A DNA stretch of 58,938 nt from a virus (Duplodnaviria > Caudoviricetes), in the IMG/VR virus record IMGVR_UViG_3300038954_000089, positions 1 through 58,938 of that record; one strand, written 5' to 3'. The position numbers were made by a program, and so were the translations under genes. The notes beneath the pieces were generated by a model. The model made no database searches. It was not told the origin of the DNA and saw only the letters and a program-made list of their open reading frames with translations. Numbering within the stretch: position 1 is the stretch's first letter; every line of letters begins with the position of its first letter. This document shows positions 18,282-26,853 of the stretch, one piece after another.

Positions 18282-18461
18282 ATGGATGCAGATAAGGTTT
18301 TAAAATCTCTCAAACAAATGCATGAAGTTCAAGATGAACTGGAATATTATGTCATGACAAATACGGTGATGTCTACTAAGGGGTTGATGGACATGGCCAA
18401 AAAGTTGCGTGAAGTAGAATCAAAAATAATGGCACTTTACAAGAGGGAATTATTGAGGTGA
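18282..18461 (+). CDS. Hypothetical helical protein (59 aa)
   Basis: Manual ORF MDADKVLKSLKQMHEVQ... filling the gap. Confidence 0.5.
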   Translation: MDADKVLKSLKQMHEVQDELEYYVMTNTVMSTKGLMDMAKKLREVESKIMALYKRELLR

Positions 18462-18465
18462 TAAT

Positions 18466-18708
18466 ATGAACGAATACGATAAACATCGAAATCAACTGCT
18501 TGAAAACATCTCACATGATGTCTGGGGTGCTGCACAATTATTGCCAGGTGAAGGGGTGGAGGATGGAGTAGCGCGAATAATGAATACATTGGATGGTTAC
18601 ATCACCCTGTTTGAATTCGCGATCAGAATAAAAGCCACGAAAGAGGGTGGCGAAATGATGAACGCGTTAAATGACGCGCTGAATGGCGACCGGTCAAAAA
18701 ATGGCTGA
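18466..18708 (+). CDS. Hypothetical protein
   Basis: SD GAGGTG; WGAAQLLPGEGVEDGVARI. Confidence 0.65.
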   Translation: MNEYDKHRNQLLENISHDVWGAAQLLPGEGVEDGVARIMNTLDGYITLFEFAIRIKATKEGGEMMNALNDALNGDRSKNG

Positions 18709-19099
18709 ATCTGGCTATGTGTATGTCATCTATGACCCCGACGTTCCGGCGGTCAAGATTGGCAAAGCGAAGGACGTTCAACGTCGCCTAAAAACATTTT
18801 TGACGGCGAACTACAATTTGGAATTGATCGGCGTCTTGCCGGGATACACGAAGCTGGAAAAAGAGCTACATCGACGCTTTGAATGGGCGAAAATTGACCG
18901 GGAGTGGTTTCACCCGGTCCCTGAGATTCTCGCAATCGCCCGGAGCGGGCAACATCAACCCAAAGCACGGCCGCCGCGAAGGGAGGCGCGGCGGTCAAAA
19001 CCAAAGCGGAGGCAGGCAAGCGATTCAAACGTTCGATATTTTATCGCATTATTGGTTATCGCTTGGGTTGTTTTTGTGATTTCAAATTTGAGAGGTTGA
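18701..19099 (+). CDS. GIY-YIG/T5orf172-like protein with C-terminal transmembrane helix
   Basis: GYVYVI...VKIGKAKDVQRRL...EKELHRRF...REWF; hydrophobic tail FIALLVIAWVVFVI. Confidence 0.8.
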   Translation: MAESGYVYVIYDPDVPAVKIGKAKDVQRRLKTFLTANYNLELIGVLPGYTKLEKELHRRFEWAKIDREWFHPVPEILAIARSGQHQPKARPPRREARRSKPKRRQASDSNVRYFIALLVIAWVVFVISNLRG

Positions 19100-19101
19100 A
19101 T

Positions 19102-19317
19102 ATGGTAGCCGAGAAAGATACCGGAATCACAAAGTACCAAATAAAAAAAGATAGGCCGTGGAACGAATACCCCATAGGAACGAAAGCCTACGCTTTTAAT
19201 GGAGGTTACTGGGAAAGAGTAAGGCTCGGATAGAAATGGTGCACAGGCGCGACGTTTCCAACCCCCGGTGGTGATGCAATTGGCGCGTGTATTGAACTTC
19301 CGGTAGAAGAAAAGTAG
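19102..19317 (+). pseudogene. Small gene with in-frame TAG at 19231
   Basis: ...GGYWERVRLG*KWCTGATFPTPGGDA...; the frame continues 27 codons past the stop (likely TGG>TAG). Confidence 0.55.
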
Positions 19318-19368
19318 AAATCCGTTGACAACCAACCGGCACAACCAAAATCAAATGGAGGATTTGCA

Positions 19369-19719
19369 ATGTCATGGCTCACCTATTTTGAATCGGCAAT
19401 CACCCAGACCGCCGACACCGGTTCTGGCGCTAACACTGATTTTAATCTTTCGGATGTAGATCCCACCGAATACCCCGGATTCCATGCGGCAGCACAACGG
19501 GAAGGGTGGGACAACCTGTCCCCGGAGAACCGGGCCGAAGTGGTGGACCGTTTCGTCAACGCCGAGGTGGGCGCCACCTTGACCAGGGCCGCCGAAAGGC
19601 ATGGCTACGATGAACAGGAGGTGCTCGATCATTACGGATACGCCCCGCAGAGGGGCTCTACCGAAAAACCGACCACAATGGGGCCGTTCGATTGGTTGAT
19701 TAAAAAACTTTTTTTCTGA
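19369..19719 (+). CDS. Hypothetical acidic protein
   Basis: SD GGAGG; first gene of the membrane operon. Confidence 0.75.
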   Translation: MSWLTYFESAITQTADTGSGANTDFNLSDVDPTEYPGFHAAAQREGWDNLSPENRAEVVDRFVNAEVGATLTRAAERHGYDEQEVLDHYGYAPQRGSTEKPTTMGPFDWLIKKLFF

Positions 19720-19892
19720 TGGATTTCTTTGAAGAAATTTGTTGGGTCACCACCGGGATCATCGCCGGTCTGGGATTTAGCGCGGTCTGGGGCGCCCCGC
19801 CGGTAACATGGGCTCTGGCGGGGGTCGCCCTCTTCGCCCTGCTGGCAGGAACCGGGGCGCTGATTATCGCCGTAAGGAAATTTTCAAAATGA
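19719..19892 (+). CDS. Small two-TM membrane protein (57 aa; not in ORF track)
   Basis: MDFFEEICWVTTGIIAGLGFSAVWGAPPVTWALAGVALFALLAG...; TGATG and ATGA coupling at its ends. Confidence 0.7.
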   Translation: MDFFEEICWVTTGIIAGLGFSAVWGAPPVTWALAGVALFALLAGTGALIIAVRKFSK

Positions 19893-20269
19893 AAGAGAAT
19901 ATACTGATTTTATCAATCTTTATAGCTTGTGCCTTCAGCGGCGGGGTTATGGTGGCCGGTGGCCTGCTGCCTGCCACGGTCTGGTATTGGCTGATCGGGG
20001 GTGGGGTGCTGGTCGCCGTAATGGCTTTGTTCATCGGGGGTCTTTTGGGTGTGGTCTGGCTGACGAGGCCAAGGCGCCAGCAGCAGGAACATGTTGACCC
20101 ATGGCGAGAGTACCGCCCAACAACAGATCGGGCCTTACAGGGGCACTCCGGCCGCCCTGCGGTCTGGTTTAGTGCCAATGGCCGTCAACAGATCGACCAC
20201 CAGCAACATGAGCAATTATCCGTCTACCAGCCGAAGGGGGGCGCATTGTGTCGAAGAGATCGGAGTTGA
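19889..20269 (+). CDS. Membrane protein with Q-rich tail
   Basis: Two long hydrophobic segments from MKENILIL. Confidence 0.7.
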   Translation: MKENILILSIFIACAFSGGVMVAGGLLPATVWYWLIGGGVLVAVMALFIGGLLGVVWLTRPRRQQQEHVDPWREYRPTTDRALQGHSGRPAVWFSANGRQQIDHQQHEQLSVYQPKGGALCRRDRS

Positions 20270-20372
20270 CAAAACTCGAAAAGGCCATTGGCGCCGTATA
20301 CCTTACGTTGACCATTGTCTGCTGCTTGGTCTGGGCATGTCTGTTCATCTATCACTTTTAAAAGGAGGAAAT

Positions 20373-20945
20373 ATGTTACACCCACTGCACCCCAAACGAT
20401 TGATTTGGCTGATAATCGCCATTGCTTGTGCGGCCATGGCTGTTCACCTGGCGGTGGGCCTGGCCGCTGACCTTCACAACGAGGCTTATCTCATCGATGA
20501 CAGGATTTCAGAAGGTGAAAAGGGATGGGATCTGGAGATATACGATGGGCGATACATTGCTTTTGTTTTCGCCTTCCCAGACCGGCTTGTCCGAAATTAT
20601 GGCGAGAAGGTAGAGGGTGTACCCAAGGGGTGGAAATACGAGCGCAAGATTGACGTGCTGACATATTGCTCTATACAAGAGGCGGTTGATGTTTTTCTCG
20701 ACGTTGCAAACGAAAATAACCCAAAATTCAAGATAGTTGATGGCCAAAACTCGCCATCAAATCACCGTCATTTTGGCATAGAAGTATGGGACCCTGGTAG
20801 TGGTTTATTAGTTGTGGAAATTGATTTTATCGGCAACCGGGCCGACGTGCAGATTCATAACGGGTATCAAACCACGGGTAGAACTGAGGCATTTCTCAGT
20901 GCCCTGAAGGCAACTATCCGAAACCGAAAAATCATAAAGGGGTGA
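20373..20945 (+). CDS. Membrane-anchored or exported protein
   Basis: SD AAGGAGG then ATG 20373; N-terminal TM. Confidence 0.7.
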   Translation: MLHPLHPKRLIWLIIAIACAAMAVHLAVGLAADLHNEAYLIDDRISEGEKGWDLEIYDGRYIAFVFAFPDRLVRNYGEKVEGVPKGWKYERKIDVLTYCSIQEAVDVFLDVANENNPKFKIVDGQNSPSNHRHFGIEVWDPGSGLLVVEIDFIGNRADVQIHNGYQTTGRTEAFLSALKATIRNRKIIKG

Positions 20946-20948
20946 GCC

Positions 20949-21554
20949 ATGCAAACATTGAGAAACGAACGGGGTTTTATACAATGGATACCCTTGGTGA
21001 TCTGTATTTTGCTCGTCCTGTACGTCGGCGGCATGTTGGCCTGGGATAAAGTGGCCACGTGGGCGCGCCACCGTGAGCTGATCGCCGAGCACCGCGCAAA
21101 ACAGGCAGCGGCCATCGAGGAGAAACGAATAGCCGCCGAGCAGGAAACTGCCCAAAAGCAGATCGAATCGATGCAAGCTGCTTATCAAGATCAGGCAGAG
21201 ATCAACCGCCGGCTGATCGATGAGAATGCCAAAACCGCCGACCGCATAGCAACCGCTCACGAGCAGGCCGCCGATGAGATCGCAACCAGCCACCGAAACA
21301 TGGCCGACATGATGCTGCAATGGGCCGACAGGGGGCAGAACGGCCTATCCCTTGGGGTTGCTTACCTGCTTGGCGCCGTTGCTCTGGTGGCTATTATGGG
21401 GCTGGTGGCCACAGTGTTTTTCGTTCTTCGGCAGGGTGCGAAACATGAGGGGCCGACGATCATTCAAATCGATGGCCAGCCTGTAACGGGCCGAATTGCC
21501 AGTGGGGCCGACGTTTACAAACTGATAGAACATAGAAAGGAATCAATGCGATGA
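20949..21554 (+). CDS. Two-TM coiled-coil protein with prepilin-like (class III) N-terminus
   Basis: MQTLRNERG|FIQWIPLVICILLVL; central coiled coil; second TM. Confidence 0.7.
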   Translation: MQTLRNERGFIQWIPLVICILLVLYVGGMLAWDKVATWARHRELIAEHRAKQAAAIEEKRIAAEQETAQKQIESMQAAYQDQAEINRRLIDENAKTADRIATAHEQAADEIATSHRNMADMMLQWADRGQNGLSLGVAYLLGAVALVAIMGLVATVFFVLRQGAKHEGPTIIQIDGQPVTGRIASGADVYKLIEHRKESMR

Positions 21555-21904
21555 ATAGAAATAATCGATATGACGATCTTATGAGAGCTTTGGTGCCGCA
21601 GCAGGGTGGACCGCAGCAAGGCCACCAGCCGGCCGGACATCAACCAATGGCAGCATATCCGGTTTATCCGCCGGGGCCGATGCCGTACCAGCAGCAACCG
21701 CCATATTACGTTGGGTCCGCACCTATTCAGCAGCAGCCTATGCCGTACCAGCAACTGCAGCCGACATATCCCGACACTGCACCGATGCTCCCCAGACAAC
21801 CGCAGCAACCCCGGAAACAGGGTCCTTCGGCGATAGATACAGCGGCTGTGATCTTTTGTGTAGCTTGTGTCCTGATCTTTTTGGCTGCGATGCTACCGCA
21901 GTAA
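21551..21904 (+). CDS. P/Q/Y-rich low-complexity protein with C-terminal TM
   Basis: PMPYQQ repeats; hydrophobic tail. Confidence 0.7.
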   Translation: MNRNNRYDDLMRALVPQQGGPQQGHQPAGHQPMAAYPVYPPGPMPYQQQPPYYVGSAPIQQQPMPYQQLQPTYPDTAPMLPRQPQQPRKQGPSAIDTAAVIFCVACVLIFLAAMLPQ

Positions 21905-21914
21905 AGGTGATGAT

Positions 21915-23195
21915 ATGATTGGGAAAATAGCCAAAATGTTTTTGGTAGGCGGTATGGGCCTTTTTCTGTTGCTGACGGCCTGCTTCGCCCTGGCCGGGGT
22001 CTCCTGGGGCATGAATGGCGTGGTGGTCTCCATCGCGGCGCTGATCGCCGTGGGCCTGGTGGGGACCGTCATCTTGATTTGGATCCTAGGCGCGGCGGAG
22101 AGCCTGTTTCTCCGGTTCGCCCTCGTATGGCAAGCTCTTCGGAGAATCCGGGCAGAGACCGAAAAACAGGAATTCGCGGCAGACTATTATCAGATCAATC
22201 ATCCCGTGGCTGGCGCCGTGGCCGTGGATCGCAACGGGCGGATGATTAGATTGGACCCGGCGGCATCAAAACCGAAAGATTCTCCGGTACCAGAACAGGA
22301 GCCGGAGGACGACGGGCCGGAAATCGCCGGGCCTCTGCTGCCTATTCTGGAGGGGATGAGCAGGATTCTCTTGATAGGCGGCATGGGGGCCGGGAAAACT
22401 GAGCTGCTCCGGCATCTGGCGTGGGCGAAAGCCCAACAGGACGGACATGTCATAATTTGCGATTCACACGCAAGCCCAACAACTTGGCCTAATTTCGTTC
22501 AAGTCGCTGGAATCGGACGGAATTATGAGGAAATCGAGGGGGCTGTCAATTACGTTTGCGAAGAGCTTGACAACCGGTATAAACTCCGCGCAAGCGGCGA
22601 GCAAAAACGATTTGAACAGTTGACGCTCGTGGTTGACGAGCTATTTGTTCTCAATCAATTCTGTGACTTGCGGCAACAATTCAAGTCCCTGCTGGCCGAA
22701 AGCCGCAAGGTCAATATCGGCCTGATCGTCGCCGGGCAGTCGGATCGGGCCGGGGCGCTAGGTTTGACCGGGAACAAGGATCTTGTGGCCGGATTCGAAG
22801 CGTGTGTCTACCTTGAGCGCCTCGACAATGGGCAACGGGTGGGATTTATCCGAAGCAGCAACCGGCGAGACGGGAAATATTATCTGCATCCGGGGCCGTT
22901 CCGGGGGCGTGGTGGGGGCGCTTCGGGGCGGTGGAGTGGGGAAGGGGGTAGGGGCAATAACACACACACACACACAAATAGAAAACAAGGATTTGGAACA
23001 GAAAATGAGCCATTCAGTCCGTGTGTGTATGTACCCATGACAGATATTGACGCAGACGGAAGAAACGCGGAAATAATTGAACAGTACAGACAAGGAAATT
23101 CAATATCAGCTATCATGAAAAAAGTTTTCGGCCATAGGGGGGGCGCACAAGCAGACCAAATTAAAAACATTTTGAGACGATACGGGATAGCATAA
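21915..23195 (+). CDS. Membrane-anchored FtsK/HerA/VirD4-like P-loop ATPase with C-terminal HTH-like domain
   Basis: Two N-terminal TMs; Walker A GGMGAGKT; Walker B LVVDE; ELDNRY and ESRKVNIGLIVAGQ motifs. Confidence 0.8.
   Translation: MIGKIAKMFLVGGMGLFLLLTACFALAGVSWGMNGVVVSIAALIAVGLVGTVILIWILGAAESLFLRFALVWQALRRIRAETEKQEFAADYYQINHPVAGAVAVDRNGRMIRLDPAASKPKDSPVPEQEPEDDGPEIAGPLLPILEGMSRILLIGGMGAGKTELLRHLAWAKAQQDGHVIICDSHASPTTWPNFVQVAGIGRNYEEIEGAVNYVCEELDNRYKLRASGEQKRFEQLTLVVDELFVLNQFCDLRQQFKSLLAESRKVNIGLIVAGQSDRAGALGLTGNKDLVAGFEACVYLERLDNGQRVGFIRSSNRRDGKYYLHPGPFRGRGGGASGRWSGEGGRGNNTHTHTNRKQGFGTENEPFSPCVYVPMTDIDADGRNAEIIEQYRQGNSISAIMKKVFGHRGGAQADQIKNILRRYGIA
22961..22976 (+). repeat. (CA)8 microsatellite inside the ATPase gene
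   Basis: CACACACACACACACA, preceded by several G runs. Confidence 0.9.
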
Positions 23196-23241
23196 TTTTA
23201 TATCTCTTGACATATCTTTACATATATGATAAGGACTACCC

Positions 23242-23460
23242 ATGAAAGACGTTAAGGTAACGAGATCGATCAGGCCGGATCATAAGGACATCGGAGGCGT
23301 TCAAAAAGTATTCGGAGATAGTCTCGTAAAGGTTCGCTATTATCTCAACACGGCTACAGGCGAACGATGGAAAACTGTAGAGCTTTTATGGGAGGATCAA
23401 TGGAAGGATATGTCTACATCATGTCAAATGAATCCTACAAAGATGGAATCTACAAAATAG
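23242..23460 (+). CDS. Hypothetical protein
   Basis: FGDSLVKVRYY...RWKTVEL; follows a TTGACA-type promoter at about 23207. Confidence 0.6.
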   Translation: MKDVKVTRSIRPDHKDIGGVQKVFGDSLVKVRYYLNTATGERWKTVELLWEDQWKDMSTSCQMNPTKMESTK

Positions 23461-23996
23461 GGTTCACGAAAAACCACCCAGAGCAACGGGCGCAAGAGCT
23501 TTACCAGGCAACCGGAGTCCCGACAGAATTCAAAGTTGAATTTTTTACTCCATGTACCGATATGACAATGTGCGAAAATATCATCCATTCATGGCTTTAC
23601 CGATACAGAATGAACGGCAAGCGGGAGTTTTTCGAGATCGATATTGACCGCGCAATAGACTTGTTAATAAGAGCCGCTGAATATCAAGCCACAATTGGAA
23701 CCAACCAAATGTTGAAACGCATGCTTGATAATGAAGATGATGTATGTCTTACAGAGGGCGAGGTACAAATGGAATCAGAAGATGAGGAATTCGATTCAAA
23801 TGAAAAGCCTGAACTAACAATATCTGGTTTGGTATGCATGAACGACGTGGACGCCACCGGAAGGGATGCCGAGATCATCCAGATGTATCGAAACGGGGAA
23901 ACCGTATCGGCGATTAGAAAAAAGGTCTATGGCCAGTCCGGGGGGAAATACATCGAGCTGATTCGTGGCGTTTTGTATCGCTACGGGGTCGCATGA
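23400..23996 (+). CDS. T5orf172/GIY-YIG domain protein with C-terminal domain shared with the ATPase
   Basis: GYVYIMSN...YKIGFT..PEQRAQEL..TGVPT.F...REFF. Confidence 0.85.
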   Translation: MEGYVYIMSNESYKDGIYKIGFTKNHPEQRAQELYQATGVPTEFKVEFFTPCTDMTMCENIIHSWLYRYRMNGKREFFEIDIDRAIDLLIRAAEYQATIGTNQMLKRMLDNEDDVCLTEGEVQMESEDEEFDSNEKPELTISGLVCMNDVDATGRDAEIIQMYRNGETVSAIRKKVYGQSGGKYIELIRGVLYRYGVA

Positions 23997-24212
23997 TGCC
24001 CAAAAAAGAAACAAAAAAGCTGCTATGGCATGGTCTGACGAATTTTTCCGCCGCCGGTTCGATTGCCATCCCACAGATGAGACGCCGGAGGCGGTCCAGA
24101 AATGGGCGGATATTTATATCGGCCGTAATGATGTGGGCAAAAAGGCAGTTAAAATAATACTCAAGTAATTGACTTGATACAACAAACCAGCAAGGCCGGA
24201 TTTTTTTGATCT

Positions 24213-24280
24213 GGCCTATTTTTTTCCTTGACAGGGTGCCCTTAGAGGGTATATATTGTTTTCCAGGATAGGGAAAAACA
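24213..24280 (+). promoter_or_regulatory. Repeated promoter cassette, copy 1
   Basis: CTTGACAGGGTGCCCTTAGAGGGTATATA...CCAGGATAGGGAAAAA, near-identical to 26316-26382. Confidence 0.85.
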
Positions 24281-24301
24281 GCAACCATAAAGGAGGAGGC
24301 G

Positions 24302-24829
24302 ATGAGGGCATACCGGAGCATAGACATAAAGGAGTTATACCGGATTTTTAAATCCGGAACGGTAGCGCCTCACAAGTTCAATGGTAGCTGTGACAGCGAT
24401 GCCTCGGCTGGCAGTTTTTTGTCCTTTTGGTTTCCGTCGGATAAACCGGTAAGGATGTCACGCGCATTTTACGTTGTTGTTGAGGCTGACGTTTGTCCTG
24501 ATTATGCCGGCAGGATGCGGTTTCATCAAGACGACGGCTATAATACTTTCACATATTTTGTGAACGAGGTCGCAACAGATAAGTCTGTTTGCCCAAAGCG
24601 CCTATTTATCGACCGAAGCATGATTGATTGGGTCGAGCAAGATTATTGGGATATGTGTTTAACGCTTGACTTAGATGAAACAAACGGCGTTGATTGGGTA
24701 TATGGAGGCCAAGGTGACGATGAAATGGCTGCATTCTACGATTGGATGCGTCAAAATGAGTACGATATCGAGTCAATCCAGACTATCCACTCAATCGCCG
24801 AAATGGCAGAATGGAGGCAAAATGACTAA
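24302..24829 (+). CDS. Hypothetical acidic protein
   Basis: SD AGGAGG; first gene after promoter. Confidence 0.75.
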   Translation: MRAYRSIDIKELYRIFKSGTVAPHKFNGSCDSDASAGSFLSFWFPSDKPVRMSRAFYVVVEADVCPDYAGRMRFHQDDGYNTFTYFVNEVATDKSVCPKRLFIDRSMIDWVEQDYWDMCLTLDLDETNGVDWVYGGQGDDEMAAFYDWMRQNEYDIESIQTIHSIAEMAEWRQND

Positions 24830-24965
24830 CTGGCAGAAATCCTGGATGCGGAGAAAGAAAACCCGCGCCGCCGCCAAACAAAAGGCGAAGATCAAGCGGC
24901 GGCGCAACAAAAAGAACCGGCGCGACGGAATAGATGCGCCATTGAATGAAAGGGAGGTGACATAA
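24822..24965 (+). CDS. Small highly basic peptide
   Basis: MTNWQKSWMRRKKTRAAAKQKAKIKRRRNKKNRR; SD GGAGG. Confidence 0.6.
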   Translation: MTNWQKSWMRRKKTRAAAKQKAKIKRRRNKKNRRDGIDAPLNEREVT

Positions 24966-25309
24966 TGAACGAGCAATCACACGAACACAACGGAAGCGAA
25001 AATCCATGGGGGCAGTGGGAATGCCACTCTCATTGCCCCGAATGCGACCGAGAAGAAGGCCGCACCTGTGACCATTGCGGCCAGCCTGAAACCTGGGGCC
25101 ACTCCACCGATTGTCCGGAACATCCCGACAACCAGCCCTGGAATTGCCCGGAATGGAACCATAACGTGCATGGGTGCAATGGATGCCACGGATACGGCGA
25201 TTGCGGCCGCCAAGATTCGCAAAGAGGGCAAGACGTTTACTGCGGCAACTGCGGCGCTCCGATGGCCCCAGGTACACGTGATTGTGGTATGTGCGGGAGC
25301 ACATACTAA
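24965..25309 (+). CDS. Cys/His-rich metal-binding protein
   Basis: Multiple CxxC and HxxxC motifs; SD GGAGG. Confidence 0.65.
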   Translation: MNEQSHEHNGSENPWGQWECHSHCPECDREEGRTCDHCGQPETWGHSTDCPEHPDNQPWNCPEWNHNVHGCNGCHGYGDCGRQDSQRGQDVYCGNCGAPMAPGTRDCGMCGSTY

Positions 25310-25466
25310 TGCAATCCATAACCCTAATCCGCGGTCTTCCGGGCAGTGGCAAGTCAACCATTGCCCGGAAAATGGTCGTAGACAAAAAGCAACCGGCAAT
25401 TATAACAACGTCCGTGGCGTACCGAACGAGGTCATGGACAGAATGAGAGAGAAATGGGAGGATTGA
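25309..25466 (+). pseudogene. Internally deleted AAA_33-type P-loop kinase gene
   Basis: MQSITLIRGLPGSGKSTIARK then a family-like C-terminus GNYNNVRGVPNEVMDRMREKWED in another frame. Confidence 0.65.
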
Positions 25467-25468
25467 TT

Positions 25469-25636
25469 ATGAAAATCGTAGAAAGTTGGATTATTGACTA
25501 CCTCATGGTGGTCAAATTGGAGGACGGCAGTTACCGCTATGGAACCGAGGCAAACATTTTCGGGTTCAATCGCCTCGACAAAAATGTGGCTGAAAAAATG
25601 ATTGCAACAGGAAAACGAGAAGAAGGGATTTATTAA
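25469..25636 (+). CDS. Hypothetical protein
   Basis: SD GGAGG then ATG 25469. Confidence 0.6.
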   Translation: MKIVESWIIDYLMVVKLEDGSYRYGTEANIFGFNRLDKNVAEKMIATGKREEGIY

Positions 25637-25650
25637 GAAAGGAGATTGCC

Positions 25651-26004
25651 ATGTTCAGAAACTTCACACCCCATGTAGTAAAGATCATTGACAGCAACGG
25701 CAATGTCGCCATGGAGATCCCGCCAGAAGGCGTACAGGTACGAGTGAAAGAGCAGGTTGAATACGAAGGTATTATTCAATTCAAGCACGAAGGTTTTTTC
25801 CGTGGCGTACCTGTAGTCCGCAAGAAATATGCCGAAATCGAGGGGTTGCCGCAACAAGAAGATGGCGTCACGTTAATTGTCAGCGTGATTGTTTTAAACG
25901 CCTCAGACCGGTCCGATCTGGTATGCCCCGATACAGGCCCGGATTCGGTCGTGCGGGATGAAGACGGTAATATTCTCGGAGTTCGCCGCTTCCAGAAAAA
26001 ATAA
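25651..26004 (+). CDS. Phage hypothetical protein (N[LF]TPH-type)
   Basis: NFTPH...IEGLP...LIVS...DLVCPDTG..VRDEDGNILGV. Confidence 0.75.
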   Translation: MFRNFTPHVVKIIDSNGNVAMEIPPEGVQVRVKEQVEYEGIIQFKHEGFFRGVPVVRKKYAEIEGLPQQEDGVTLIVSVIVLNASDRSDLVCPDTGPDSVVRDEDGNILGVRRFQKK

Positions 26005-26005
26005 A

Positions 26006-26062
26006 GCCGAAACGCCCTTCGGGGCGTCCGTCGGGGCGGTTCCCGGCGCTGACGAGGCAACC
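26006..26062 (+). ncRNA. Type II hammerhead ribozyme
   Basis: GCC GAAA CGCCC-TTCG-GGGCG TC| CGTCGGG-loop-CCCGGCG CTGACGA GGC; full core; loop GGTT can pair with downstream AACC. Confidence 0.9.
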
Positions 26063-26080
26063 AAAAATGGAGTTTTCATA

Positions 26081-26302
26081 ATGACACCAAACCAAATCAG
26101 GGAGGCAAGGGAACATCTCGGGCTATCACAGGCCGGAATGTCCCGCCTAATGGGGGTACACAAATCGACCTATTTAAAGTGGGAGCATGGAGAAAATAAC
26201 CTTTCCGCCGCCGCGGGGACGCTGATAAACTTGTTTCTATACCTCAAAAAAAAATTACCAGCATCTAAGTTCAACGAGATCAAGCGTTTTTTTATGGAGT
26301 GA
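26081..26302 (+). CDS. XRE helix-turn-helix regulator
   Basis: MTPNQIREAREHLGLSQAGMSRLMGVHKSTYLKWEHG. Confidence 0.85.
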   Translation: MTPNQIREAREHLGLSQAGMSRLMGVHKSTYLKWEHGENNLSAAAGTLINLFLYLKKKLPASKFNEIKRFFME

Positions 26303-26315
26303 TTTTTTTTACTCC

Positions 26316-26382
26316 GGCCTATTTTTTTTCTTGACAGGGTGCCCTTAGAGGGTATATATATTTAACCAGGATAGGGAAAAAA
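26316..26382 (+). promoter_or_regulatory. Repeated promoter cassette, copy 2
   Basis: Near-identical to 24213-24280. Confidence 0.85.
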
Positions 26383-26404
26383 CATCAACCGGGGAGGAAA
26401 GACA

Positions 26405-26830
26405 ATGACAAATGCAGAGCTTAAAAACAAGATCGAAGCAGCAATAAAAGCCCACTCCATGCTCAACGAAATGGAGTCTGAATATCTTTATTATGGTCTC
26501 AGATTTGAAGATGCCGACAGGCAGATCGGAGAAGTTTGCGGAAACAGCCGGCACAATCCCGACCGGGAAGATGAGAGGGAGTTTCCGGAATACGGGTCTG
26601 CAGATTATGAGGGGATGGAAGAGCTTGACGGAACATCGGCGTGGATGATCGATGCGTCCGGTTGGTGGGTCAATTCATTCAAATCTTTTTGGATGAAGGA
26701 CGACGCCGATGTCGCAGTAATGGCCGACCATTGTTACATTATCGCCGGAGATGCCAAAAAGACCCATGACGACGCCGACGAAAATGAGATTGTAATAGGT
26801 GGCGCGGTTGTCATTGAAAAATTGTTTTAA
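26405..26830 (+). CDS. Hypothetical acidic protein
   Basis: SD GGAGG; first gene after promoter. Confidence 0.75.
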   Translation: MTNAELKNKIEAAIKAHSMLNEMESEYLYYGLRFEDADRQIGEVCGNSRHNPDREDEREFPEYGSADYEGMEELDGTSAWMIDASGWWVNSFKSFWMKDDADVAVMADHCYIIAGDAKKTHDDADENEIVIGGAVVIEKLF

Positions 26831-26853
26831 ACAACCCAAAAAAGGAGGAAGCC

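Noticed and set aside
19231-19233. Genome-wide TAG recoding
   Set aside because: Many genes end in TAG exactly at the next gene boundary and long genes have no internal TAG
24965-25309. c-type cytochrome (CNGCH)
   Set aside because: Single CxxCH in a Cys/His-rich protein with no export signal; zinc binding is more likely
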